This document shows positions 1 through 12,985 of a stretch of 64,000 nucleotides of DNA, piece after piece. The stretch covers positions 124,001-188,000 of the forward strand of contig CBFDEM010000044.1 of assembly GCA_965603825.1 (NCBI GenBank), in the 5' to 3' direction. Both the position numbers and the translations under genes were made by a program. This stretch comes from Blepharisma stoltei ATCC 30299. Taxonomy: Eukaryota > Protista > Ciliophora. A model generated the notes under the pieces. The model was not told the origin of the DNA, made no database searches, and worked only from the letters and a program-made list of their open reading frames with translations. How positions within the stretch are numbered: the first letter of the stretch is position 1; every line of letters begins with the position of its first letter.

Positions 1-278
1 TAGGAGGAGAAGTTACGAGAAATAGACTGTTTAATTTTTTTGAAGATAGCAAAAATGAAAATATGAATATTTTGATGAAAATATTGAAAAATAAAGCAGC
101 TTTTGGGATGTCAAGTTCTTTTGAAAGATCTTGGATTGAGAGAATTCAATATTTCTCTGACCAAATAAACAAAAAACAGCCAAAAGCTTTATATTGTGCT
201 TGGAAACTTATAACAGATGAGCTTGCAAGGTTGAATGGTGAGTTGCAAAGTTTAGAAAAATCGAAATCTTTGTTGTAG
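1..278 (+). CDS. Hypothetical protein, 3' part (gene begins before the window)
   Basis: Frame open from base 3 (GGEVTRNRLFNFFEDSKNENMNIL...) to TAG at 276-278; followed by very AT-rich intergenic DNA. Confidence 0.55.
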   Translation, partial: GGEVTRNRLFNFFEDSKNENMNILMKILKNKAAFGMSSSFERSWIERIQYFSDQINKKQPKALYCAWKLITDELARLNGELQSLEKSKSLL

Positions 279-811
279 GTAAATATTTTATGATATTTCT
301 AATAAATAGTCTGTTAAAATCATATAATTCAATGTCGAAACGAATAATTTAGTCATCTTTTATTATAAGTTGCTATAACTTATGATACTGCTATAGTTAT
401 TTTTACACCAATTTAAATTTTAAGGGATTTATTTGATAAAAAATATGTCACATTTTGCTAGATAACTTCTCAAAAGTCAGCAAGGCTTTAATCTATGAAT
501 ATTTCACTAATAGAAAAAAACTCATACATATTAATAATACATATTTTCTCAATAATTATATCTTATTTCATAAGCAAATATTCTTGCTATATATTTGCAA
601 ACTTTTAACTGATTTACCTTAATTTTCTAACAAATATCATTCCTCACCTTATTAAAACTCTTAATTTAATTAAAATTTATCTTTACAAAACTAAATATAA
701 AATTGGTGAATTTTCTTTTTATTAGTAAAGAGAAAAAAAATTCAAATTAACACTTTTTATCAAATTTTTTTTATTGTTAACTTAAACTATTTGTGTGTGT
801 TGTGTAATAAA

Positions 812-1129
812 TTATACGCTCATTAAGTTGTCCCTCGCCATTTTAATTCGCGATTCTACCGGGGCGTTTATAATTCTGCGTTTGTGTACTCGTTCTCAAG
901 ATTGATCATTTAGAGAATCATTCTTGAAAATTAAAATCCCTCCGATATTTTCATAAAATCGTTCCTTCGCTATTGGAATTCCCAATTCTCCAATTGAAGC
1001 CCTCAAAGACTCTAAAGAGTCTGAAGATTCAGGTTTTTCAAAAATTTGAATTGTTTTTGGAGCTATAGCTACTGTGGAGGCAAAGTGCTTTTTTTTCTTC
1101 CTAACGCAGTTTAAGAAAGAAAAGCACAT
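812..1129 (-). CDS. Small hypothetical protein (~105 aa) with N-terminal Cys/polybasic stretch
   Basis: ORF 896..1129 ends in TGA; reading TGA as Trp extends it (WERVHKRRIINAPVESRIKMARDNLMSV) to TAA at 812-814, covering the whole GC-richer island. Confidence 0.55.
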
Positions 1130-1811
1130 TGATTTATTATTATTATTTGGTGATGAAATTTGTCATATTTTTAAAGTTTGATGGAAAATGCATTTCTAAA
1201 ATATAACTTAGGAGAATGAATATGGAGTCAGTGAAAGATATCGTCAAGGGTGGGCTGTTATAGTCTTTAATTTAAAGAAGTACCATTACTTGAAGGCTGG
1301 TCGAATTTGAAATATTTTGAATTTTAGGATTTTTTTGGATCAGTAAAATTTGTGATGATAGGAAATAATGACTATAAATTTTAAAAAATAAATAATTTTT
1401 AGAAGTAAAATGATTTAATTTAGTAAAGAAAATTAAAGAGGAAACTATCAAAAAGTCATATGTATCATTAGATTCAAGATCTATAAAACTCAAAAATCGT
1501 GCAAAATATTCAGTAGAAGTTATAAATTATGATTAGAGAATTCTTTTGTAAAAATGGATGCAAGTTTATACAGCTTAAAAGTTAAAAAAGAAAAGATGAA
1601 ATCTAGATTGTTTTCTTAGTGAATTTATTGCAAGCAAATAATTTGGCAGATTTGCGAGGAATTGGAATTAAATTAAATTTCAAAAATAAAATAATAAAAT
1701 TTTAAATAGATTTTCAATGTAAATAATGCATTTTCTTTATAAAAAACAATTTTTATCAGTCAAGAAATATATAACTCAAAATATAAATTTTTTTTAATTA
1801 ATAGAAAGTAG

Positions 1812-2411
1812 CTAGCAGCATTTTTTCTTTTTCTTTATTGAAGGAGTGCTGCTTTCAGTTAAAAAAACTGAAGTTTTCATATGTTTTGGCGTGCTCACAT
1901 CTTCTCCTGTATCTAGCCTCACAGCCAGATCTTTAAACATTTGTTCGACCCCATAACTTGTTTTTGCACTTACTTTTCTATATATTGCACCTATTGATTT
2001 TGCGAAACTTTTGGCTTCTGACTGCTGGACATCTTCCATCTCTACTAAATCTTCTTTATTTCCTGCGATGCAAACTACCATATTTCTTGGCCCGAAGTCT
2101 TTTAATTCTTTATACCATCTCATGATCCCATCAAAACTCGACCGCTTTGTAATATCATAAACCATAATAGCCGCATTTGCATCTCTATAGTACATTTTAG
2201 CTAAGCTCTGATATCTTTCTTGGCCAGCTGTGTCCCAAATATTGAATTTTATCATTTTATCATTGACTTGCAGAATTTTTCCAGTATAAGATGCACCTAC
2301 GGTCGCGTTTTGTTCATCATTATAATCATCTTTTACAAAGCGGAGGACTATGCTTGATTTTCCAACACCTTGGTCGCCTAGTAAGACAATTTTATATTGA
2401 TCTTTTTCCAT
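1812..2411 (-). CDS. Rab GTPase, Rab5/Rab22-like
   Basis: GDQGVGKS, TVGASY, WDTAGQERY, NKED, SAK motifs; C-terminal polybasic-CC prenylation signal. Confidence 0.93.
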   Translation of the reverse strand: MEKDQYKIVLLGDQGVGKSSIVLRFVKDDYNDEQNATVGASYTGKILQVNDKMIKFNIWDTAGQERYQSLAKMYYRDANAAIMVYDITKRSSFDGIMRWYKELKDFGPRNMVVCIAGNKEDLVEMEDVQQSEAKSFAKSIGAIYRKVSAKTSYGVEQMFKDLAVRLDTGEDVSTPKHMKTSVFLTESSTPSIKKKKKCC

Positions 2412-2598
2412 TAGACGACTTTATGAGTTCAAATTATTTCTTTTATTAGTTTTTGTCCATATAGCACTGATTATGAGCAATAAATTTATCCGATATATTT
2501 CAATAAATTAATATTTATTAAGTAAGCTTAATTATTTATTTCTATTCGATTTATATTATTTTAGGTAAAAATATATAGTCAAATTTCTATTAGTCTAT

Positions 2599-3687
2599 CT
2601 AGTTTCTAGAAATTAAACTTGATGCTGATTCTTTGATCCTTCCTGATTCTCTGTCTTTTAAGAAATTATATTCCTCCAGCATCAATTCTAATTCTTCATC
2701 TCTTTCTTCCTCTTTTTCAAAGTACCACTTAGGCAGCTTATGCTTTATATATTTCTCCCCTTCTTGCCATGTCATTGTAGCTGGTGTGTCTTTAGCTCTC
2801 TCAATAAGCTCATGCACGGTATAGTTTCTTTTTTCTTCTAAATTATAGAAATACTGGAAGTCAGCTGTATTTTTGTATTGATTTTCATATCTTTCTATTA
2901 TTTTCGAAAAATCAAACCCAGTTTCCTTTTCAATCCCTCTTTCCCTCAAATATAAAATTTTATCATAAAATAGTTTCCACCTCCTTATTTCATAAAAAGT
3001 TTTTTTATCTAGCATCTTGTACACTATTTGCCATATATCAGGGTCATAATACTTCATCCTGTCTAACATATCTATTAAATTCATAAGCTGCTTCGGCACA
3101 TTTAAAAAATCTAAACGGCCCTGTGTTTCTAAGAGCCTTGGCATTAAATGAACTTTCATGTAATCTTTAGCGTCATAATCAGTTCTATTATTATATGAAA
3201 TTGCTTCAATAAATTCAAAACATTGTGTTCCTTTCAATGTAGGCAGACATCTCTGATTAAATTCTTTTTGAAGACTTTCCACCGTTTGGAGCCTCAGTTG
3301 ATTAGACCTTAATACCCCATAGAAGCAACCATAAAACATTCTGTCGTTGAAGTTAGTCCACCACCTGAGAGCTTGGAATTCAAGAGTTTTCCAGAGATCT
3401 TCATCCAATTTGTTGTTTTTGGCACAATGGTAGAACATGTAAGCTATAGCGTGTGGTGCGATATCGGCTAAAGGATTTTTTATGACGTAATTTACGAGTT
3501 TCTCAATATGAAGAGTATCTTTGCGATTCTTGTGATTTTGAATACCACTTAGGGAGGAATGCACCTCGAGAGGGTCGTCAAGCTTATTGTGGAGCCATTT
3601 GGCACGATGCTGCTTTTGGACGCGGCGCCAGAGATGGTGGCCTGGGAGACCATTGTACCAATAATTTCTTTTGAGTATGCACCACAT
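2599..3687 (-). CDS. Hypothetical helical protein (362 aa), possibly mitochondrial
   Basis: Uninterrupted ATG..TAG ORF; basic N-terminus lacking acidic residues; no motif I recognise. Confidence 0.75.
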   Translation of the reverse strand: MWCILKRNYWYNGLPGHHLWRRVQKQHRAKWLHNKLDDPLEVHSSLSGIQNHKNRKDTLHIEKLVNYVIKNPLADIAPHAIAYMFYHCAKNNKLDEDLWKTLEFQALRWWTNFNDRMFYGCFYGVLRSNQLRLQTVESLQKEFNQRCLPTLKGTQCFEFIEAISYNNRTDYDAKDYMKVHLMPRLLETQGRLDFLNVPKQLMNLIDMLDRMKYYDPDIWQIVYKMLDKKTFYEIRRWKLFYDKILYLRERGIEKETGFDFSKIIERYENQYKNTADFQYFYNLEEKRNYTVHELIERAKDTPATMTWQEGEKYIKHKLPKWYFEKEEERDEELELMLEEYNFLKDRESGRIKESASSLISRN

Positions 3688-3800
3688 AAGAAAATATAAT
3701 TAAATTAATAGCCCATTGATTTTAATTTAGGAATAGAGGATTTTGTGAAGAAAATAGGTTTTTAAGGATTTTGAAGCATTATGATATTTTTATTAGTAAT

Positions 3801-4367
3801 TTACTCTTCTTTTTCCTGTTTTTCTTCTTGTCCGCAGTTGATTATTGTGACTTTTTTCTTTGGGGTTCCATTTTGTGTGCCCTGGGCTTCAATTGTTTTG
3901 AGAACTTCGAAGCCTTCTACTAGTTTTCCAAAGACTACATGTTTTCCATCTAGCCAAGGACAAGGGACTGTGGTAATAAAGAATTGAGATCCGTTTGTGT
4001 TAGGCCCGCTATTAGCCATGCTTAAAACTCCAGGCTCATTATGCTTCAAAGTAAAGTTTTCATCATTAAACTTGGCTCCATAAATTGAAACTCCACCTGT
4101 TCCATTTCCCTTCGTAAAATCGCCAGATTGGCACATAAACCCTGGGATTATTCTATGGAATTTTACGCCTTTATATTGCAGTGGAAGTCCTGTGTCTGTT
4201 TTTCCATAACCTCCTATGCAAAGTCCTCTGAAATTTTCAGCAGTTTTTGGAACCACATCAGCACGAAGCTCAAATAGCATGCGGCCAACCTGCTCACCTT
4301 CAACCGCTATGTCAAGGAACACCCGAGGATTTTTTTTGGTAGAGAAGAACCTAACTATGCGGAACAT
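3801..4367 (-). CDS. Cyclophilin-type peptidyl-prolyl isomerase, probably mitochondrial (CypD-like)
   Basis: [56 protein letters not shown]; N-terminal [12 protein letters not shown] resembles a presequence. Confidence 0.96.
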   Translation of the reverse strand: MFRIVRFFSTKKNPRVFLDIAVEGEQVGRMLFELRADVVPKTAENFRGLCIGGYGKTDTGLPLQYKGVKFHRIIPGFMCQSGDFTKGNGTGGVSIYGAKFNDENFTLKHNEPGVLSMANSGPNTNGSQFFITTVPCPWLDGKHVVFGKLVEGFEVLKTIEAQGTQNGTPKKKVTIINCGQEEKQEKEE

Positions 4368-4619
4368 TTTCAGCCTGTAATATTTAATTAGTAAAATCTG
4401 TGGAATAAGATGACGATAATTAATAGGTAATATGGATATTTAAGGGAAAATTGTATCATATTATATGCATTTTCCCTCTAATTGAAATAAATAGTATATC
4501 GGGCTTGACTCATTTAATTTTCTTTTTCAAAAAATCATTGAGAATAAACCATTATATTAAGATTTCTCTAATTATCCTATCAGCTATAAATTTAGTAATT
4601 CTTAATTAAAAGAAGATTT

Positions 4620-5858
4620 TTAAAGATCCTCTCTTCCGTATATTGTGGTCTTATGGTCTTTTTTAAGTATATCTTCTAGCTCACTTAATTTAAATGGAAA
4701 AGCCGTTAATAGTGTTTTAATTCCACAAGTCTTGAAGTGCTTGATTAATTTGGATTTACTCTTATTGTAAAATTTCCTTAATAATGTCGCTTTTTCGGTA
4801 TATTCCTTTTTTACCTTTTGTATATTTTCTAAGGCTTTATTCACAATTTCTGGGCATTTTTCTCCTTCTTGCATAAGTGCATTATGCATAACTTTATTAT
4901 ATATATCATCGCTAACTTTTTCAGGTTTTTCAGTATTCCATCCAAAAATAATATTAATAATTTGCCCTAACAATTTCCCAGTTTCTTCTGGACTTTTTTC
5001 TCCATTTATAAATCCATTAGCAATTTCAGTGATTTTTTCTTTATTCAAATAATATCTAAAAATGGAGTATTTAATTCCTTCATCTGCCAAAACACTGATG
5101 AGTTTATCTGTAGCAGCACTTAATTGGCAAACTTCACTTAAGCTTTGTATATTGCTAATTAATGGTTTTATTTCAAAAATGAGACTTGAAATTGCCATTA
5201 GATTTCCACTTGATAATTGAGACGCTTTTGAAATAATGTTGCTTGCAGCACTAATAATGCTGGTAATCCTTTCTGAGCATTTAGTAATTGCAGATTGGTC
5301 TGCAATTTCATTGAAAAGTTCACTTATCACATTGAAATAGTGGTCATTCGAAATAGAATGTTGTGTTTCTAAGGGGAAAAGAATTTTCATTAATTGCCCT
5401 ATGTTTTTTCCTGCACCTTTAAAAAAGCCCATCATTAAGTTGCCATAGCATTCTTTTATAATCCCTTGAATTTCTTCGCTCTTAGTAGCAATATTGACGT
5501 AAAATCCTATTTGAATAGCATTGTCAGCTATAATATGTGTAGGAATATTAAACCCAGCATCACAGATATTTGAAAACCTGACTATATCATCTACCAGCAC
5601 ATAAGCTGTTAAGGCTGCATCAAAAAGGTTCAGATCTTTGATTTTTTGATCAATTGTAACTAAATTGTCCTCAAATTTTTGAAGGAAATCTGGATGCATA
5701 CACTTATAGAGATCTACATTTTCTGCTCCTGTATAAGTTTTAAAAACCTCAGTCAAGAATTCATCAAAAAACGCCAGGCTCCCATCAAACCCAAAGGTAT
5801 GGTACTTTACCGCTGAGACCGCTGTGATAATTCCAACAATCAAAGCCAGAAATCCCAT
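4620..5858 (-). CDS. Secreted helical protein (~412 aa) with internal duplication
   Basis: Likely start MGFLALIVGIITAVSA (signal peptide) at 5858; the ORF-track extension to 6032 overlaps the upstream RING-CHY gene. Confidence 0.75.
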   Translation of the reverse strand: MGFLALIVGIITAVSAVKYHTFGFDGSLAFFDEFLTEVFKTYTGAENVDLYKCMHPDFLQKFEDNLVTIDQKIKDLNLFDAALTAYVLVDDIVRFSNICDAGFNIPTHIIADNAIQIGFYVNIATKSEEIQGIIKECYGNLMMGFFKGAGKNIGQLMKILFPLETQHSISNDHYFNVISELFNEIADQSAITKCSERITSIISAASNIISKASQLSSGNLMAISSLIFEIKPLISNIQSLSEVCQLSAATDKLISVLADEGIKYSIFRYYLNKEKITEIANGFINGEKSPEETGKLLGQIINIIFGWNTEKPEKVSDDIYNKVMHNALMQEGEKCPEIVNKALENIQKVKKEYTEKATLLRKFYNKSKSKLIKHFKTCGIKTLLTAFPFKLSELEDILKKDHKTTIYGREDL

Positions 5859-5892
5859 ATTTATTATTGCTCCTAATTTTATCACATTAAAT

Positions 5893-6834
5893 TTATTTGC
5901 TAACAACCCCTTTATGATGCTGATTGCAATATTCACAATGATTTGGGAGCTTTCGATAATCTTGCTCTTTTTCACAATACATACAGACCATTCTATTTGC
6001 ATAAACCCACTGATGAGTCTCTTTTCTGTCATGGCACTTATTGCAGCAATAATATTGTGAGCAGCAGCTTGGGACCATCCAGTAGGTTACATTTTTATAG
6101 TTATCGCACTCTATTGGAGCAATTATGCTTCATTTTCCGACCCTTCCTAGATTTTTAATAAAATTTTCAGCAGCTTCATCAATCACATATTTTCAGTTTA
6201 TTTCTACAGCTGGAAGCTCAGTAAGCTGGGCTATAGGCTTTAAGTCTTCTTTATCTAAGTCTAATTCATTGCTGCCCATTAAATGCTCAAATGCAATATT
6301 GGACGCGTCATAAAGCTCTTGCGCTTCATCCCTAATTTCTTCAAATTTCTCAATTTCTTCGTTTGCTTTATTTATAATTTCTTTTTCTAAAATACTTTGC
6401 CGCTCTTCTAATGCTTCTTTTAGCATATTAAATGATGTGCTGATTTCCGTCAAAATTTTTTGTTTTTTCTCACTAATTTCTGTAATTTTTGTATTGGCTA
6501 AGCCTATATGGCTTCGACATTTTTCTAGATTTTCTTCAGCCTGCTTTCTCATTGCAGTTAGTCTTTCAGACGGCGACAATTTGAGGTATTTTAAAGTTTG
6601 GGACATGTCAGCTAACTTTTCTATAAGCTCAAGGATATGAAAAGAATGAGAAATTTGTTGAATTTGCCGATTATCATATTTTCGATCAAGCGGACAGGTG
6701 ATTTTTCCTGTTGTTTTATGAAGATTTGTAGCACATTTCTTGCAGAGAGTATGGCCACATAGGAGGACGAGCGGGAGATGAGAGGATCTGTCATATTGCT
6801 CTACACAAACAGGGCATTCTAAAATTGCTTCCAT
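5893..6834 (-). CDS. RING finger - coiled coil - CHY-type zinc finger protein (~313 aa), putative E3 ligase
   Basis: N-terminal RING-HC (CPVC..LCGHTLCKKC..CPLD); two in-frame TGA join ORF 6193..6834 to ORF 5893..6078 (CDNY..CCSQYYCCNKCHD..H..CMYC..Q..CEYC). Confidence 0.85.
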
Positions 6835-6942
6835 AGTAATTATTATTGAATTTTCGAATATAAAAGAATTATTTATAGATAGAAAAGGAGGTAAAATATA
6901 TTCAGTAAATCTAAAGAATTATATGGATCTTTTACAAATAAT

Positions 6943-9900
6943 ATGAAAACTGTCCAGATAATTCCTAGTGCTCCTAATCATAATTTATGCATATCACTTG
7001 GGTGCTACGATGAAGTCTTTTTATTAGCATTTGGCAGTGGCAAAAACATAGTCATAGTCAAAGCCAATACTTTTACGACCCATCAAGTCTTATCTGGGTT
7101 CCATCAATTTGATGTCTCTTCAGTTGGCTGGGCAAGGACTGGAGGAAAATTAGCGACAGGAAGCCACAACTTAATTGTAATTTTTTTTCCAAAATTAAGG
7201 TCTATTTCTGATTGGGAACCAAAAATTCATCTCAAGCCTGAGCATTCTCCAACAAGCTTATCTTGGTCATTTTTTGGTGATATCCTTCTCAGTGTCAGTA
7301 AAAAAGTATGTGTCTGGACCTTTGATTCCAAAATTTCTGAAGGAATCGAAACAATAGACCAGCCTTTCTGGTCAGCAAAAGTGACCTACGACAAAGGAGT
7401 GATTTCCCCAGACGGAAGATTAATTGCAGTATCAAAAAATGACTCAAAAGTGATGGTTTACTACAAAGAAGGCGACTATACTGAAGAATCCAAGCTTCAA
7501 ACAGACGCTTTAAAGCTCCTCAGACTTAACCATTCTTCATATGTTACATGACTTGATTGAAAAGATATCAGCGTTTTCAAACTTTATTTAAATAAATACA
7601 ACCCAAACTCCTTACTAACCATATGTGAAGATGGCTGAATCAGGATATGAAGCGAGTATTCGTCACCACAAGGAATCGGATTTAACGTCCTTTTCCAATT
7701 AAAAACTGATAATGGTATGGCAAACTGGCTTCGTGACTTCAGAAATATGGAAAATAACATCTCATTGCTAGCCCAAAAGCAAGATGCACTGCGGCAGCAG
7801 CATGGTGATATAGAATTCACAATGAATTCCCGGTCTTGCTTAATAAGGTCTAAAACAAGTGAGCCTGATAAAACTTTATACGGAGCCATGATGCGCGAAA
7901 AAACACCTGTAGAGTGACTTGTGGTCGCTGAAAAAGAAAAAGTCACCTTTTTCATGTGTGAAGGGGTTGGTGCTTTTCCATTGACAGCTATTAATATAAA
8001 ATCCCAATTTCAGTATGAGCATTATTTTGGGACTGAAGCAGTCAGATGGATTCCTGCACAGCTGCCATTTTTTGTGATACGAGAAGTCGATGAAGTCCAA
8101 ATAATTAGTGCAGATATTACAAGAGATTTAGTCAGATGGAGAAGAATGTTCCAAGCTGGAGCCAAAGATAGCCTTTATGCAGTGCTAACTGGAGTCATGG
8201 GTGGGCATTTTGGTGAAATTATTCAAATAGAAACCCATAAGTCTCTGCCTTTAATGTGCACTATTGATATTACAGGGGCTGTTAGGATATGGACAACAAC
8301 CAGTGGAGTCAGAAATGATGAAAAAGCTATAGATGAGTTTAGACATTGGGGGGTACTTGAAGATTTTGATTACACATATGTAAAATGGCTTAGAAAATTC
8401 GCCATGCTTGTATGTGGCAGAAGAAATGGATATATCTGTATTTATAAATGGTTTTCTGATACCCCAGAGCAGCTAAAACTTTTGACTATGCATTGGCAGA
8501 CTATGCATTGTTGGATTGGGCTGAATGGAGAATGTGAAAAACTGAAGGTTGGGGACATTGAAGTCCTGAAGCATACAACTTTTAGGTTTTTAATGCTTGC
8601 GAAATTCAAAGGGATGGGATATATTATTTATGAAGTATTTTATGATGGACTTTTTGATTCAAAAATAATATATCAAGATGATAAAGAATTTAAGGACTCC
8701 AATTTCCATTCATTTGTGGAGGGCTCTGAAGGGAATAGTCCTGGAAAGTTTGTAAATCATTTTATTCTGCTGAATAAACATAAAATTGAGTCATTTTTAG
8801 TAAAAGAAAACAGCTTAGAGCCATTATGGGCTAGAAATTTAGAAGATGAAGCTCACACTATGAAATTGACAAGAATGATTGCAGTTGTATCACGCCAGAG
8901 CGTGCTTTTCTTGAATTTTGAAGGAGATGCGCTAGGCAAATATGATGCTCCTTTTACTGGAAAAATAATTATTGATTTCTTTAACATTGGCTTAGCCACT
9001 GAAAACGTGATTCTTGGTCTTGGCAAAAAAATCCTTATAATTTCTCAAGAATTTTTAAATAATGTTGAAGAATCTGATATGCCATGAAGACTTGTCAAAG
9101 AAGTAGAACTTGAAAACGAAATTTCTTGTATCGGAATTACTATGTTTCAACAAATTGTAACAGGAAATGATAGAAACTTAATGATCTATAGAAATACATT
9201 TTTACAAGAAAAATTAAATGTAAATCAAGAGCCAAAGCCGCACTATCACCCAACAATTTTATTTGAATTAATGAGAAGCAACAAAAATGAGCTTGTACTG
9301 ATGATTCTTAAAAAATTAGAAATGCAATTAGATGAAGGAAATGTTACGCATAGTCTTAAACTAAAAAGTGAAGAATTTCTTGAAGCTAAAAATAGTGAAC
9401 AAAAACCACAAGAAGCCCCTAAGCCACAAGATGCCAGTTTTGATTGGTTTTTTGAGTCGCAAGTCGTGCAAGCCCCATTAGCTATGACAAAAGAAGAAGA
9501 ATTCACTGAAAAAGACGCGGCAAGGCTAAAAGAAAAACTTCAGACCTTAGAAGTGGAGCTACCAGGGATAAGCGGAAATATTTTTTCTTTAATTCAGCTG
9601 CAAAATGCTATTGACTGTTTTGCGTTTGTAAAAAATCAAAGTAGGACTATGGACGAATTTTTGAGAGTTTTTTATATAAACTGCAGGATTTTTAATTTAA
9701 ATTTAGACCAAAAGCAAAGAAATAAAACCCAATGCTTGAATACAATGGATATTGCGTGGGCGCTGCATTCAGATCAACAAGACACGTTGTTCCAGACACT
9801 TTTTACACAAGAATTGACATGGCCTCAGATGAGGATGTTTGGGATGGGAATTTGGCTCAAATCTATATGGAAACTGAAAGCTATGGTGGAAAATATAGCG

Positions 9901-12900
9901 AAAAATGAATTCCGAGCTAATAAAGACCCAAAAACAGTCAGTTTATGGTATTTAATACTAGGGAAAAAAAATATTTTACTCGGTCTTTATAAAAATGACT
10001 ACCAAAACCAAAAAATCTATTCCTTTTTACAAAACGATTTTTCTAACAAAGAATGACAAATAAAAGCTCAAAAAAACGCTTTTGAGCTCAGAAAACAAAG
10101 AAAATACGAAATGAGTGCAGCTTTCTTTTTATTAGGAGATAAGCTTATAGATGCTATAGAAGTCCTAGTCCAAGACTTAGGAGATCCTCAGCTAGCTCTT
10201 GTCGTAGCTAAGCTTTGTGAAGGTGAAAATGGGCCAATTCAACGCCAAATAATAGAAAAATATTTTATCCCTACTGCACTTAAAGCAAAAGATCCTTGGC
10301 TGCTCAGCTTGTCTTACGCATTATTAAATATGCCAGCAGAAACATTAGACTGTTTAAGCTTCTTTAAAAATGAGCAGCTAGAAGACACAAATATAGAATT
10401 TTGGAACGAAAAAGTTCAGCCCACGCTTTCCGGCTTCCACCCTACAATGACTTACTATATAAAACTGCTAAAATCCAAAGTCCAAATAAAAAGAAATTTT
10501 GAAGCAAAAGGCCTTTCATTAGAAAAATTCGAAAAAATCGAAAAAGACATGGTATCAAGATGTGCTGAAAATTTTATTAATGCAGGGTTATCTATAATAG
10601 CATTGAAATCTATAAAAGATGAGCCAATAAACCTGGAGCTTGTAGATGAAATATTAAAAACTCATTTATTGATGATTATTAGAGATACAGCCAATAAAGA
10701 ATGAAAAGAAAAATTCCCAACACTGGTATCAGAAATAAGATACCTTACCAAGGCTTTTAATTTTTCTGAAAAAAGGCTTATTGATTTCTTTTCAAACTTG
10801 TTTTATAAGCGAGATTTGCGAAATTATCAGTGTTCGTTGCTTGCTGGTATGAATTTGATGGAAAGTGCGGCTGAGTCAGTCCTCCATATAGCAGCTTTGG
10901 TCCATATCATTTTATCGCGCTATTCACGAGACCCTTTTTTTGAAATAAAAACCAAAACTTTGACAAATGTGACTCATGATGTTTTGAACTGCATAGAATT
11001 ATTAAAAGTCCCAGGTACTGATCTCTATCAGCTTCATATCAGCCAAAAAACTCATTTATTCCATATGGCATTCAGTTTGTATCTTGGGTATTTTGTTCAA
11101 GCATATCTTGGCGGTCTTTGGAACCAAGCGATTTTGATACTACAAAAACTTCAAGATTTTTTGCATAATATAAACTCCGAGAATTATATTGATATAAAAC
11201 TTGACGAAAGCCGAGCTGTCGTAGAAAATAATATTATTACTACATGGCTGAGATTTCTTATAATGAATAGATTGAAAGAAATTATATCAGAATTTGACTA
11301 TAAAGAAATGGACGCATGGATTGATGAAAGTTTATATAATTATAATTTATTGCTGAGACCTGGGCAGAGATATCCGTTAAATAAAGATATGACACCTATG
11401 CTTTCTATAGAAATGTCACTTGGGCCTGGCAGAGGGACCAAAAGAAGGCCATTGATGGCTGTCTCGAGGCTTCTGGAAAGAGTGTCATCATGGAGAAGAC
11501 GTCTCCTGCTGAGAGCTCAAAAAGCAATTTCCAATGAAACTATGCAAGAAGCACAAAAATATATAAACAGTCTTATAACAACAGCAAATGATCTTCCAGA
11601 TATGTTAAAGCCTCATTTTGCTGATGCTTCAGCTTATCATATTTTTAATTCGTATGCACATGGGATGACACAAATCCATTTATTGATGCAGTCTTCTGCA
11701 CAAGGGCTTTCCACTTTTATATATGAAAATAAAGGGAAAGTAAGCAATATGCTGGAAAAAGAAGGATTTATTTATGAAGAAAATATGAAGGAAAACGCAA
11801 ATATTTTTCGAAATGGAATTGAAATATATAGAAGTAAAGATCCAGTATTAGGTTTTGCAGTAAATCATTGCAATAATAAGAATATGGCAATTGCTCACGG
11901 CGGGAAAAAAGAAAGAATTCGAGAAATAAATATTGAGCACTCATTGAAATACAAAAAGAGAAACGAAGACTTAGAAATAGACACAGAATACCCTGACACT
12001 TGGCAAGAATGCATGCATTATCTTGACAATAAGGCTGGAGCTGGAGAATCTATATACAATCCAGCTATAAATTCAGCAATCTATACACTTTATGCACCAA
12101 GAACACAAGTTTTTCTAGAAGAAATGGAACTGCCACCTCCTGTATGAAATAGAACACCTTTTGATGATCTTTTAATGCCTCTTGCATCAACTAAAAATCG
12201 ACTTGATAAAGTTGACCATATTTGTGGACATCCACTATTGCCTCTTTATGTCACTGGGAATGAAAACGGACAAATGACTTTGTGGCAGTATGAAAGACCT
12301 AACAGTTTGCAAGATTTTACACCAAATATGGCTTCATCACAAATAAATTTCTTATCATTTAATAGCTATGGTGACAAATTAGGTGTTTGTGATGACAATG
12401 GAAATTTTTTCTTATATAAGTTTGATTTGCTCCCGTCATCATTTTCCCCACAATTAACTATGATGGGATCTATAAGCAGTAAATCTTCAGCATTTTGTTT
12501 TTTGAATCTTGGTTCTGTGGTAGCTGTTATTGGTAGCAAACCAAGAGGTTTTGTATCAATTTATGATACTTTAGTGCCACTTTCACAATCATTAATACAC
12601 ACTGATGCTGTAGGTGGGACAACATTAAATTATATTTCAAGGTATCAGCAGCTAATTATTGGTGAAAAGAGTGGGAAAATGACAAGATATGACTTAAGGA
12701 TGCAGAAAGTTATAGATAAAATTGATTCTGGCCATGATTCTATAAAAGATATAGTCTGTGACCCTACAGAAATCACATTTGCAACTGGCGGGAAAGAAGG
12801 TTTAGTAAAAATATGGGACAGCAGAAGCTTTACACTAAGAGAAACTATTGAAGTTAGCAAGAAATCCCGAAGCAACAAAGCAATTACCAAGCTCCAATTT

Positions 12901-12969
12901 GTGGAGACATCACTATTAGCCTCAGTAGAGGACGGTTCAGTTAAGTTATTAAGAATCACAACCCATTAA
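6943..12969 (+). CDS. Rav1/DmX-like (Rabconnectin-3 alpha) WD40 protein, V-ATPase assembly factor (~2008 aa)
   Basis: Seven same-frame ORF fragments joined by 9 TGA; Rav1p_C signature NDFSNKE-W(TGA)-QIKAQKNAFELRKQRKYEMSAAFFLL; N- and C-terminal WD40 repeats (HPLLPLYVTG, FATGGKEGLVKIWD). Confidence 0.9.
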
Positions 12970-12985
12970 TCTAATATGGAAATAA

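Noticed and set aside
1272-1493. 73-aa minus-strand ORF
   Set aside because: Non-ATG start, low-complexity AT-driven composition and no motif.
279-1811. IES, telomeric repeat, transposon or CRISPR array in long AT-rich spacers (also 25930-26437 and 42253-42821)
   Set aside because: No telomere-like tandem repeats, terminal inverted repeats, repeat-spacer arrays or insertion-interrupted genes seen; intergenic IESs cannot be excluded without read data.
5859-6032. N-terminal extension of ORF 4620..6032
   Set aside because: Overlaps the CHY-finger coding region; the signal peptide starts at ATG 5858.
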